A DNA stretch of 28,459 nt from IMG/VR virus record IMGVR_UViG_3300049009_000331, positions 1 through 28,459 of that record, one strand, 5' to 3'. The notes under the pieces are model-generated. The model did no database searches, had not been told where the DNA came from, and saw only the letters and a program-made list of their open reading frames with translations. Source of the stretch: a virus. Lineage: Duplodnaviria; Caudoviricetes. The position numbers and the translations under genes were made by a program. Below, in pieces: positions 7,498 through 14,897 of the stretch. The first letter of the stretch is position 1. Each line of letters opens with the position of its first letter.

Positions 7498-7756
7498 AAA
7501 TATTTGGGGATTTGTAAGTTGTTTTTATCCTTCCACTGGCACTCCATACCAACTCGACATACTTCGTGTCATCGGCAAGAGTGATGAACACTGTTGCATC
7601 ATCGAAGTGATTGTACATCATTTTCAGATGCTTGAAATTTGTCTCTATATATATGAAGTCGCGATGCAGGAAGTAATACATCACATTGGTGAAGCTGTAA
7701 TTCTCAAAGCCCTCTGTGCTCCAAGAACTGCGCAATGAGGTCTTTTGCTTGTTCAA
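7424..7756 (-). CDS. Hypothetical protein (true start uncertain, possibly near 7681)
   Basis: The only minus-strand frame filling the gap between the exonuclease and 7497. Confidence 0.45.
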   Translation of the reverse strand: MNKQKTSLRSSWSTEGFENYSFTNVMYYFLHRDFIYIETNFKHLKMMYNHFDDATVFITLADDTKYVELVWSASGRIKTTYKSPNIYDIDFLEKSTAALQKWSARVSPIY

Positions 7757-8267
7757 TTTCGGTTGGTGTATGTCGGTGGATAAATAGTTCCCCTTTGAAC
7801 TTATTGGGCACTCCTATGTAGTAGAAGTTTGCAGGATCATAGCCAGTCAGGTACGAATACCAAACTGCTTGGATGTGGTTGTAGTGCTTAGTCATGTCGG
7901 CTGCGAAGCTTCGCAGATTGGTGCAGGAAGTCGTCTTGATATCTGCATTGATGGAGTACATTGGGCAGTGCAAGTCAAGGATGCCCTTTGCTGCCACCAT
8001 GCGCCCATCAATCTCAATCTCCTTGATGAAGGTGATCTCCTTCGCAGCCTTCTCAAATATCAGCTTCAGCAGCGGATGCTTCATGATGGTATCGTAAACA
8101 TCTCGCACTCTTTGGGGCATATCGGCAGGATCTGTTTCAAGTAGGTGATTATGAAACATCGCGCCTCTCTCGAGAGCACCGGCAGCGTATTGGATGCTGC
8201 CAGTGAAGTGCCTCTTGATGCTTGATGCGTTGATGGCTTCGATGCTGTTGTAGATGTCGCGGCTCAT
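7704..8267 (-). CDS. PD-(D/E)xK exonuclease (RecE/exonuclease VIII/DUF3799-like)
   Basis: ERGAMFH, KGILDL, ADIKTT and YNHIQAVWY motifs. Confidence 0.8.
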   Translation of the reverse strand: MSRDIYNSIEAINASSIKRHFTGSIQYAAGALERGAMFHNHLLETDPADMPQRVRDVYDTIMKHPLLKLIFEKAAKEITFIKEIEIDGRMVAAKGILDLHCPMYSINADIKTTSCTNLRSFAADMTKHYNHIQAVWYSYLTGYDPANFYYIGVPNKFKGELFIHRHTPTEIEQAKDLIAQFLEHRGL

Positions 8268-8647
8268 GGTAGAAGCTCAGGATTTTCGTAGATGTTGCCA
8301 ATTACTTCAATGATTTGAGAAAAATGTTTGCCTGTTTTTTTAGGTGCAAGTTCAATTGATTTTGCTAATGAAGCAGCTAATTTTTTTGTTTTTGCCACAA
8401 CATACCAATCATAACATGATACTTCATTATTCCACTCAATTCCAAAATAGGAATCTATGTATTGAGATTGAAGTATGTCACCTTCATAAATTTCAGTTCC
8501 ATTCATATCCTTAAGTCCAGTGTATTGCATAAGGTCATCAGTTTCTAATGTCTCATCATTAGCAATTAATCCTATGGAATATTGAAAGCCGTATGACTTT
8601 TTGTATCTGATGTATGTCCAGATTCTAAATTTGATTTCTCTGCTCAT
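8264..8647 (-). CDS. YopX family protein
   Basis: REIKFRIW...LMQYTGLKDMNGTEIYEGDIL...EVIGNIYENPELL signature; AT-rich. Confidence 0.92.
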   Translation of the reverse strand: MSREIKFRIWTYIRYKKSYGFQYSIGLIANDETLETDDLMQYTGLKDMNGTEIYEGDILQSQYIDSYFGIEWNNEVSCYDWYVVAKTKKLAASLAKSIELAPKKTGKHFSQIIEVIGNIYENPELLP

Positions 8648-8859
8648 GACCCTATCTGTCTTACATCGGCAGGAATGAATCCACTGCCGTTTCCGTGTAC
8701 AACTTTCATCATGTCAACCTCAACCTTTGCTGAGTTGATTATGACCTGGGCGATGTCTGCGATTGCTTTCGCCTTGTCGAGCTCCATGTCGTTTTCTTTG
8801 AGCATTTCGATGATTTCGAATAAGTGATCTCTTAGATCTTCGATTTTATTTCTTGCCAT
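8644..8859 (-). CDS. Conserved small phage protein (71 aa)
   Basis: KIEDLRDHLFE...AKAIADIAQVIINSAK pattern, which commonly follows this HNH type. Confidence 0.7.
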   Translation of the reverse strand: MARNKIEDLRDHLFEIIEMLKENDMELDKAKAIADIAQVIINSAKVEVDMMKVVHGNGSGFIPADVRQIGS

Positions 8860-9437
8860 AACTTGTTCAGTGTTTTGATTGTGTCTTGAATTGGTTTAGG
8901 GTATTTAGTTATGCGATTGCGCTCCATGTTTTCCACCTTGGTGATTGCTTCCAAGTTTTCTATATCGAAATTCGAGATGTTCTTATCTCGAAAAGTCACT
9001 ATCATGTGCGGCTCGAGATTACCGTGATGCTGCTCGTAGATGTGCCGATGTTTCAGCACCCACTTGCGAGGCTCTTGAATCTTTATGTATGTATAGCCTT
9101 CTTCATCGATGCGCTCTTGACTCACTGAGCGATGGTTGTGCGGCACATTGCCCTTCTTAAACTGCGTTTCTTGGCCACCTATTTGCAGCCCTTTCATGCC
9201 CTTATTCCAAGGCACATTGCCCTTTGGGAACTGCGTACCGATGTTGCCCTTCTTGAGTCTTCCGCTGAGCTCTGTTGCAAGATACTCGGCAGTCTTATGC
9301 AGTTGGAGTGCGTGAGCTTTAGCGTAACACTGGGAGATTGACTTGCCAGTTATGAATGCCACCTCTTTAGTCGAGCGATGCGGATAGTACTCAATGAGCA
9401 ACTCGGTCTCTTGCAGCGTCCAGTTATAGCGAGTCAT
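8832..9437 (-). CDS. HNH endonuclease-family protein (HNH_3-like, degenerate active site) with N-terminal helical and FxKGNVPxN repeats
   Basis: TQFPKGNVPWN/TQFKKGNVPHN repeats, GYTYIKI, and KHRHIYE...FRDKNISNFDIENL; probable start at 9437. Confidence 0.8.
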   Translation of the reverse strand: MTRYNWTLQETELLIEYYPHRSTKEVAFITGKSISQCYAKAHALQLHKTAEYLATELSGRLKKGNIGTQFPKGNVPWNKGMKGLQIGGQETQFKKGNVPHNHRSVSQERIDEEGYTYIKIQEPRKWVLKHRHIYEQHHGNLEPHMIVTFRDKNISNFDIENLEAITKVENMERNRITKYPKPIQDTIKTLNKLWQEIKSKI

Positions 9438-9660
9438 AATACTCGCGCCCTCCTTCTTCGCCTCCTTGAGATGATGGCCTTGGAAACCTGTCGATGATTG
9501 CTTTCTGCCCATCATGATAGCCATTGGAGTAGGCTTGGATGATTGCTTCTTTTACCATGCCTTGCATCGTGTCGTTTTCTACCTCGCGTGGATCAATGAT
9601 GGCACTAAGGAAGCGGTTGAATTGGGCGAACTCTGCGCCTATGTTGTCGAGTGTGTTCAT
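9424..9660 (-). CDS. Hypothetical protein (78 aa)
   Basis: ATGA-coupled to the upstream gene; KEAIIQAYSNG...REYY motif. Confidence 0.65.
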   Translation of the reverse strand: MNTLDNIGAEFAQFNRFLSAIIDPREVENDTMQGMVKEAIIQAYSNGYHDGQKAIIDRFPRPSSQGGEEGGREYYDSL

Positions 9661-10313
9661 CGGATTACTTGGTTTTTAACTTCGATTATTTCAATTCCTC
9701 TAATCTCTGCGATGTTGGTAATCTCCATCGCCTTTGGAAGCTTGCGGAGTAACTCTGCCACATCAAACATCTCTGCTTGCATAAGTGTCCAGAGCAGTGT
9801 TGCCCAATCTACCTCGCCAACTATCTCCGCTTTTTTGCTTATGCGAATGTTCTTGGTGTGGTCGAGCTCAAGCGTTGTTGAGGTTGTTGCATCGGTGAAG
9901 TTGGCGAAGATGCCTGAGACATCGCTCGTGACTGCTGACTTAAGAGCATCGGCTGCATCTTGTGCAATCTTTGCATCTGCCACGGCTTTCTTTACGGCGA
10001 GCTCGTTGGAGTAGTCTATCATCATTGCTTTGCGTTGCTCGATGTAAGCCTTAAGCGGAGCGATGGCATCACGCTCGACATCCATCACTGACTTCTTGTA
10101 GGTGTCCAGTGGAAGTGTTACCATCTTGCGATTGGTCTCAATGTGCTTGATGGCATCGTTTGCCGCTTTGATGGAAGCTGCGCTCATGTCATAGGTGAGC
10201 TTGTCTTCGATGGCTTGTGGAGCTGCTTGTATCATGCTCTGAGCATGTAGCACCTCTGTCGAGTTTAAAGCCTTGTAGAACTCGGATATGTTCTCTATAT
10301 TAGCTGCGTTCAT
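9657..10313 (-). CDS. Coiled-coil phage protein of the recombination module
   Basis: Long amphipathic helix IETNRKMVTLPLDTYKKSV...; lies downstream of the SSB-like gene and upstream of the exonuclease. Confidence 0.6.
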   Translation of the reverse strand: MNAANIENISEFYKALNSTEVLHAQSMIQAAPQAIEDKLTYDMSAASIKAANDAIKHIETNRKMVTLPLDTYKKSVMDVERDAIAPLKAYIEQRKAMMIDYSNELAVKKAVADAKIAQDAADALKSAVTSDVSGIFANFTDATTSTTLELDHTKNIRISKKAEIVGEVDWATLLWTLMQAEMFDVAELLRKLPKAMEITNIAEIRGIEIIEVKNQVIR

Positions 10314-10343
10314 AGTGTATTGATTAAGTGTATGTTTTTAATG

Positions 10344-10366
10344 AAGGGCGGCCTAACACCGCCCTT
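10344..10366. other. GC-rich hairpin AAGGGCGG-N7-CCGCCCTT between the SSB-like gene and the next gene
   Basis: 8-bp perfect inverted repeat; no U-tract on the coding (minus) strand. Confidence 0.6.
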
Positions 10367-10373
10367 TGTTATT

Positions 10374-11009
10374 TTAGAACGGGAAACCGTCATCTTCAGT
10401 AGACTCGACCTCAAACTCGGGAGCAAATGAAGCCACCTTGGTAATTGGCTTGCTAACTCTCGCAATCCACTCATCAGACATCTTGATTTTATCTTGAATG
10501 AACTCGGGCAGCTGAGCAAAGATTGCATCATCATGCTCTTCTGTGTTATAACATAGCGGAGTGTTAAATGATGGAGGGCAGACCAATCCTTTCGGCACTG
10601 GAGAGATTCCAATGATGTTGGCATAGGTCATGTCGCCCTTAGTTACGTGAGTCAAGTTCACCATGCAAGGCTTTCCAAGTAGCGTGAAGATGTCGAAGTT
10701 GCCTGCAATCTCGTTGCTCATCTTTTTGCCTGCCCAAGATTCGATGTCTCTGCGGAGCACCGCCTTCTCGTTCATGCTAAGGTTGTAGATGCTGCGAGCA
10801 TAGAACGGCTTCTCGTCTCCGCCTTCCTCGAAGACATGCGTTTCAGTCGGCAGTTCAAAGATGAATTGCACTTTACGTTTTTTGCCTGGAAATTGACCAG
10901 TTTGCATCGTTGTTCCGAGGTCAACAATTTGGTAACATCTTGCCAAGAATGCTCCTTCTGGAGCAATTTGACGGGAGGTGTTATTCCCTGAAGGTGCTTT
11001 TAAAGCCAT
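10374..11009 (-). CDS. Phage single-stranded DNA-binding/replication protein (NGO0469/DUF669-like)
   Basis: EGAFLARCYQIVDLGT N-terminus, LLGKPCMVN, and an acidic SSB-type tail EVESTEDDGFPF. Confidence 0.75.
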   Translation of the reverse strand: MALKAPSGNNTSRQIAPEGAFLARCYQIVDLGTTMQTGQFPGKKRKVQFIFELPTETHVFEEGGDEKPFYARSIYNLSMNEKAVLRRDIESWAGKKMSNEIAGNFDIFTLLGKPCMVNLTHVTKGDMTYANIIGISPVPKGLVCPPSFNTPLCYNTEEHDDAIFAQLPEFIQDKIKMSDEWIARVSKPITKVASFAPEFEVESTEDDGFPF

Positions 11010-11019
11010 AGTGTAGTTA

Positions 11020-11307
11020 TTAGAATTGAGTTATTAATTGATTGAATGATACTTGAGTATTGTGCAGTGTCTTTTGGTACATCTTGAAGAACTCGCCAAC
11101 GCTTGATGGATGATAAGTGCGAACCGATTCATGTAGCCCTTGAGTCATCTCCTTCGAGTATTGGCGAACAAGAACAAGGGAGCTCTTGTCGCATCTCTGA
11201 AAGAGGCCTTGATGGCAACCGTCTTGCACAATTGTTAGCATGATGCCGCTAAGATGGTCGTAGTTAAAAAACTGCGTGCTGTCGTGTGATTTGAAAAATG
11301 TGTTCAT
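11020..11307 (-). CDS. Hypothetical early protein (95 aa)
   Basis: ATG preceded by an AATCATTCACTC leader. Confidence 0.65.
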   Translation of the reverse strand: MNTFFKSHDSTQFFNYDHLSGIMLTIVQDGCHQGLFQRCDKSSLVLVRQYSKEMTQGLHESVRTYHPSSVGEFFKMYQKTLHNTQVSFNQLITQF

Positions 11308-11335
11308 AGTAAAAGAGTGAATGATTAAAGTATAT

Positions 11336-11354
11336 GGGCGGTGATTAGCCGCCC
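11336..11354. other. Hairpin GGGCGG-N7-CCGCCC, related to the one at 10344
   Basis: 6-bp perfect inverted repeat in an intergenic gap. Confidence 0.6.
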
Positions 11355-11361
11355 GATTAAA

Positions 11362-11562
11362 TTAGTATGAAAAATTAAATGTGTAAACGATTTCATCATT
11401 TTTCCAAATAACAAGAAGTGCATTTTCATCCTTGTCATAGTCGTATCTTGTTTTAGAATACTTTAAAAAGATTTCAACAAAATCTAAACAATGAGATGTG
11501 TTTTTAAACTCATCAGAGATAAGCTTGGATTCGGTGTTTGTTTCGATAGTTAATTTGTGCAT
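11362..11562 (-). CDS. Hypothetical AT-rich early protein (66 aa, MHKLTIET...)
   Basis: ATG at 11562 lies just downstream of a consensus promoter. Confidence 0.6.
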   Translation of the reverse strand: MHKLTIETNTESKLISDEFKNTSHCLDFVEIFLKYSKTRYDYDKDENALLVIWKNDEIVYTFNFSY

Positions 11563-11595
11563 GACTAAATGATTTATGAGTGAATGATTGATAGG

Positions 11596-11625
11596 CAAAT
11601 ATACAGCTATATTTTGATTGCGCAA
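11596..11625 (-). promoter_or_regulatory. Consensus Bacteroidota promoter TTG-N19-TATATTTG driving the early/replication operon
   Basis: -7 element at 11603-11596 and -33 TTG at 11625-11623, in the AT-rich gap between the lysis and early modules. Confidence 0.7.
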
Positions 11626-11701
11626 TAGGTATTTAAAATAAACGCAATTATTTTTCAACTCGCTATGCAAGTGCTTGATAATTAACCCAATAAAATTACA
11701 A

Positions 11702-12403
11702 TTATTTTACGGCCTTGACTACCGCCACCCCAATCAGCACTCCAACTCCTACCTTAAATGCGGTTGTTTGATGCCACTTCTTGTCCTGCTTGATGTAGAT
11801 ATTCTCAAGTCCTACTACTTGCACATTGGGATTGTCGACTCTTAGGCGGACCACTGTGTCCTTCTTCTTGAGCAGCCTATTGATTAGCCCAGTGCGCATG
11901 GTATCACCTACTGCATAGGTGAACTTGGCAGGGATCACGAGCGAATCAATCTGCAACCACCCGAGTCGATTAATCATGCCGCCTATTGTATACCACTCGG
12001 TCTGCTTTAGGAATGGCTTTGGCAGTTGGATGTAGGGCTTGCTCTGAATCATCACCGTATCACCTAACTTGATCTGCGTTTTGATGATGGTGCGAGTCTC
12101 AATCTTCACCACCTCAACAGCGTTCTTGACTTTCACTTCGAGCTCAGCAATCTGTTGTGCTTGTTTTGCCGCATCAGAGCCGCTCTGTGCGATTATCTTC
12201 TTCTGTGAAGCAATCACTATGCTATCCTCATATATCGTGTGCTTAAGGCGATAATCATTAGCCACGTTTTCACCGCAAGACTTAAGCAGCAAGAACAGGA
12301 GCACCACCAAGGCGATTAAGTAGATGGTTTCAGATCGTACAAATACCGTCTTGAATGAGTCTGATAAGCTCTTTCGATGATTCCCAAAATAGTCTTTTAT
12401 CAT
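11702..12403 (-). CDS. Membrane-anchored lysis accessory protein, spanin-like (start uncertain)
   Basis: N-terminal hydrophobic segment ending LLLKSC (lipobox-like), coiled coil, C-terminal TM segment; last gene of the lysis cassette. Confidence 0.5.
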   Translation of the reverse strand: MIKDYFGNHRKSLSDSFKTVFVRSETIYLIALVVLLFLLLKSCGENVANDYRLKHTIYEDSIVIASQKKIIAQSGSDAAKQAQQIAELEVKVKNAVEVVKIETRTIIKTQIKLGDTVMIQSKPYIQLPKPFLKQTEWYTIGGMINRLGWLQIDSLVIPAKFTYAVGDTMRTGLINRLLKKKDTVVRLRVDNPNVQVVGLENIYIKQDKKWHQTTAFKVGVGVLIGVAVVKAVK

Positions 12404-12512
12404 TGAGTTCAGTTTGAAGGATTGTTAGTGCAACACATACAGGCATACCACGCTCAATCACATACCAAGCGGCAACCTTAACCAGTCTCTTGTCCGCCTC
12501 CTGCTCTGTCAT
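12330..12512 (-). CDS. Hypothetical protein (60 aa)
   Basis: Start overlaps the stop of the HisKA-domain gene. Confidence 0.55.
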   Translation of the reverse strand: MTEQEADKRLVKVAAWYVIERGMPVCVALTILQTELNDKRLFWESSKELIRLIQDGICTI

Positions 12513-13075
12513 AACTCGCGAGCTGCTTTCTTGATTAGCACCTTGATGGCATCATCAAGCTTGTTGACCGATGTATGTATCATCTTAAGCAGGTCACGCT
12601 TCTCGGTGTTGTTGGCAACGGGATGGTCGAGCATCATCTGCACAAGCCCTGCTATGTTGGTCAGTGGTTGGCGAATCTCATGGCTGAGCATGAAGCGGAA
12701 CTCCTCAAGGAGCAACTTCTGCCGCTCATGATCGTGTGAGCTGATGGAGGTGACATCGACAATCTGGATGCCGACAAAGTGCAGAGTCTCGCCAATGGCG
12801 AAGCAGTTCCATACGTTGTACCGGTCGGATGTATTCTTCTGCCGAGTGCGAGCATAGACACGCGATGGCTCAGGCGCATGCTTGCGTGCCGTCTCAATGG
12901 CTTTGATGAAGTCATCCTTGTCACCTTCGATGCTTATGATGTCGGTGATTTTGGACGGCTTGATGTGGCTGCAATAGTTTTTGAACAGCTCATTGCTTGA
13001 CACAATTAGGCCGCTGTCATCACTCACCACATAGAAGAGGTCAATCGAATGTTCTAAGATGAAGAGCGAAGACAT
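12509..13075 (-). CDS. PAS-like plus histidine kinase dimerisation/phosphoacceptor (HisKA) protein lacking the ATPase domain
   Basis: PAS-like N-terminus (DLFYVVSDDSGLIVSSNELF...QIVDVT) and H-box FRFMLSHEIRQPLTNIAGLV. The ORF ends after DHp helix 2, with no N/G1/F/G2 boxes. Confidence 0.8.
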   Translation of the reverse strand: MSSLFILEHSIDLFYVVSDDSGLIVSSNELFKNYCSHIKPSKITDIISIEGDKDDFIKAIETARKHAPEPSRVYARTRQKNTSDRYNVWNCFAIGETLHFVGIQIVDVTSISSHDHERQKLLLEEFRFMLSHEIRQPLTNIAGLVQMMLDHPVANNTEKRDLLKMIHTSVNKLDDAIKVLIKKAAREL

Positions 13076-13530
13076 TGGTTGAGTTCGCTGTAAAGGTTAG
13101 ACCATGCGCCCATTGAGCTCCATGCCCATTGTGCGGTTAGGTAGATAGTAAAAGTCAACAGCATGCCCATGATAGGAGCATCCATCGTTGGCTTATACTG
13201 GGCGAACTCAGTGCGAGGCTTGATGATTATCTTGGCCTCTGGCTTTGGTGCAAGCAAGAATGCAGATGTGCTTGGTTGGATGGTGTCGCTTGCGTAGGTT
13301 TGCTGCATAAGTATCGGCTCTGGTATTGGCTCATCGGCAGGAAGCTCGTATGTTTGCCCCCATTGATTAGTGCAATATTGCTTGCCAAAGATAGTGAATT
13401 TTGTCATTGACTGATACACCACTTGCGGCTCGATGCGAATAGTATGATGATGCGTATGGACTTTGCAGCCAATACCCACCACGCACCCTGCATCGAGTGT
13501 TGTGATTACTGAGTCTCTTCCGTCATCCAT
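13054..13530 (-). CDS. Membrane protein with a C-terminal TM helix (158 aa)
   Basis: APIMGMLLTFTIYLTAQWAW hydrophobic segment; lies between the holin and HisKA genes. Confidence 0.6.
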   Translation of the reverse strand: MDDGRDSVITTLDAGCVVGIGCKVHTHHHTIRIEPQVVYQSMTKFTIFGKQYCTNQWGQTYELPADEPIPEPILMQQTYASDTIQPSTSAFLLAPKPEAKIIIKPRTEFAQYKPTMDAPIMGMLLTFTIYLTAQWAWSSMGAWSNLYSELNQCLRSSS

Positions 13531-13723
13531 TGTCGTTAGCTTTAGGTATGTATCCTGCTGCCACCATTGCGGCCACAATAGCTGCAAGTGTCTCTGTCGT
13601 TATCTGCTTAAATATTAAAGCAAACACGCTCGACAGAATCACCAACGAGCCAACAGTTGGCCTCCAGTGCTTAACGAAAATATCAAGCACTTGCCTTGGT
13701 TTGTTGACTCTCCTTGCCGCCAT
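13523..13723 (-). CDS. Putative holin (66 aa, two TM segments)
   Basis: Directly after the endolysin; hydrophobic segments VGSLVILSSVFALIF and TLAAIVAAMVAAGYI. Confidence 0.7.
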   Translation of the reverse strand: MAARRVNKPRQVLDIFVKHWRPTVGSLVILSSVFALIFKQITTETLAAIVAAMVAAGYIPKANDNG

Positions 13724-13728
13724 AGTTG

Positions 13729-14184
13729 TCAAACGATTGGTGTAAAATAAAGTTGCGCCTCTTTCTTGCGCCTTCTTACAAGACCCGTTGAAACCTCGCC
13801 GCCTGCCCTGTTCCACTTGGCAAACTCAGCTGCAATCTTCGGGTCGTTAGGGTTGGCTTTGATGAACCTCAACAGCTGCGACTTAGCGAGGTTGCCTGCG
13901 CCTAGGTTATAGCAGAAACTTACAAGCGCATCGAACTGATTCTGATTAACCTTGGTAGTGTTAAGCAGTCCAATCACGCTGCCCTCAAACTCCTTGAGAT
14001 GGTCTTTGAGCAGTTGATTCGCCTGGTCGCGAGTGATGGTCTGCCCGAGCTTCACCTTACTGCCGTCATGGTAATAGGTTGAGCCGTAGCCGATGGTAGC
14101 AACACCTGCCTGACAGAGGTAACTGGTCAAGCGCAATCCTTCGAACTCTTGTATGAGTCGGATGCCGCTATCAGATAATTTCAT
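13729..14184 (-). CDS. Endolysin, GH24 phage lysozyme (muramidase)
   Basis: FEGLRLTSYLCQAGVATIGYG catalytic segment, NQNQFDALVSFCYNLG and GLVRRRKKE. Confidence 0.95.
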   Translation of the reverse strand: MKLSDSGIRLIQEFEGLRLTSYLCQAGVATIGYGSTYYHDGSKVKLGQTITRDQANQLLKDHLKEFEGSVIGLLNTTKVNQNQFDALVSFCYNLGAGNLAKSQLLRFIKANPNDPKIAAEFAKWNRAGGEVSTGLVRRRKKEAQLYFTPIV

Positions 14185-14674
14185 ATTGGAATTGTAAGGC
14201 GCAGTATTGAAAACTAAAACCTGCTGTTACTACTCCAACAGCAACTTTGCAAGTGTTGTTTGTTGGCTCAGCACTAATATCTAAAGTAATAATCTCTTGA
14301 ACTGTACCAGCACCAAAAGAAAACTGCATCAATCCAAACAAGTTTTTTTGACTCGCAAAATCAGATGCCACTGGTAGCGACATCTCAAATTCTCCATCAT
14401 CTTCGCCAGCATCAAATTGGATATCTATCTGAGCCATTACACTCACGATGTTGCCAACCTTAATGTATGTTGTAGCGTTAGATGATGCTGTCAAATTTAA
14501 CTGAGCACTGATAGTCGGTGTGTATGCGCCACTTGAAAACATCTTACCCACCTCAATCTGCTTTGATGTTCCTTGTGGTGATTGCGAGGTGTCGCTGATA
14601 TCTACGATGTATAATAAGTCATTAATTGCTGCCTCACCAAGTGGTGTTAAATCTGTAATTTTTACTCCAGCCAT
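14171..14674 (-). CDS. Virion fibre/decoration-type protein (167 aa)
   Basis: N-terminal VKITDL...DLLYIVD...GTSKQI segment and a beta-rich C-terminal domain (YIKVGNIVSV...FEMSLPVAS) typical of fibre tips. Confidence 0.6.
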   Translation of the reverse strand: MAGVKITDLTPLGEAAINDLLYIVDISDTSQSPQGTSKQIEVGKMFSSGAYTPTISAQLNLTASSNATTYIKVGNIVSVMAQIDIQFDAGEDDGEFEMSLPVASDFASQKNLFGLMQFSFGAGTVQEIITLDISAEPTNNTCKVAVGVVTAGFSFQYCALQFQYEII

Positions 14675-14678
14675 TTGT

Positions 14679-14897
14679 TTAGTTATTAGTTATGTAATTG
14701 TATGCCTCAGTTGAGGTAGTGAATTTAATATTGTTGATGGTGAACTGCTCAATGTTGATTAAGAATACACCCACGTTAGTACCAAGATGTATACAATTAT
14801 CATCAATTACTTCGCACGTTTCAACATTGGATGCAATAGCACCAATTACCGATGTAGTAAAGGTTACATAGCCACCTTCAAGAGTTATGTCAATCAT
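14679..14897 (-). CDS. Hypothetical protein (72 aa, MIDITLEGG...)
   Basis: ATGA-coupled to the tail fibre gene. Confidence 0.6.
   Translation of the reverse strand: MIDITLEGGYVTFTTSVIGAIASNVETCEVIDDNCIHLGTNVGVFLINIEQFTINNIKFTTSTEAYNYITNN

Noticed and set aside
7704-8267. Cas4 call for the PD-(D/E)xK nuclease
   Set aside because: It lacks the four-cysteine Fe-S cluster pattern, and its context (SSB-like gene, recombination module) fits a RecE-like exonuclease.
13386-13393. TATCTTTG inside the membrane protein gene
   Set aside because: Intragenic, no -33 element, and about 310 nt from the next start; likely a chance match.
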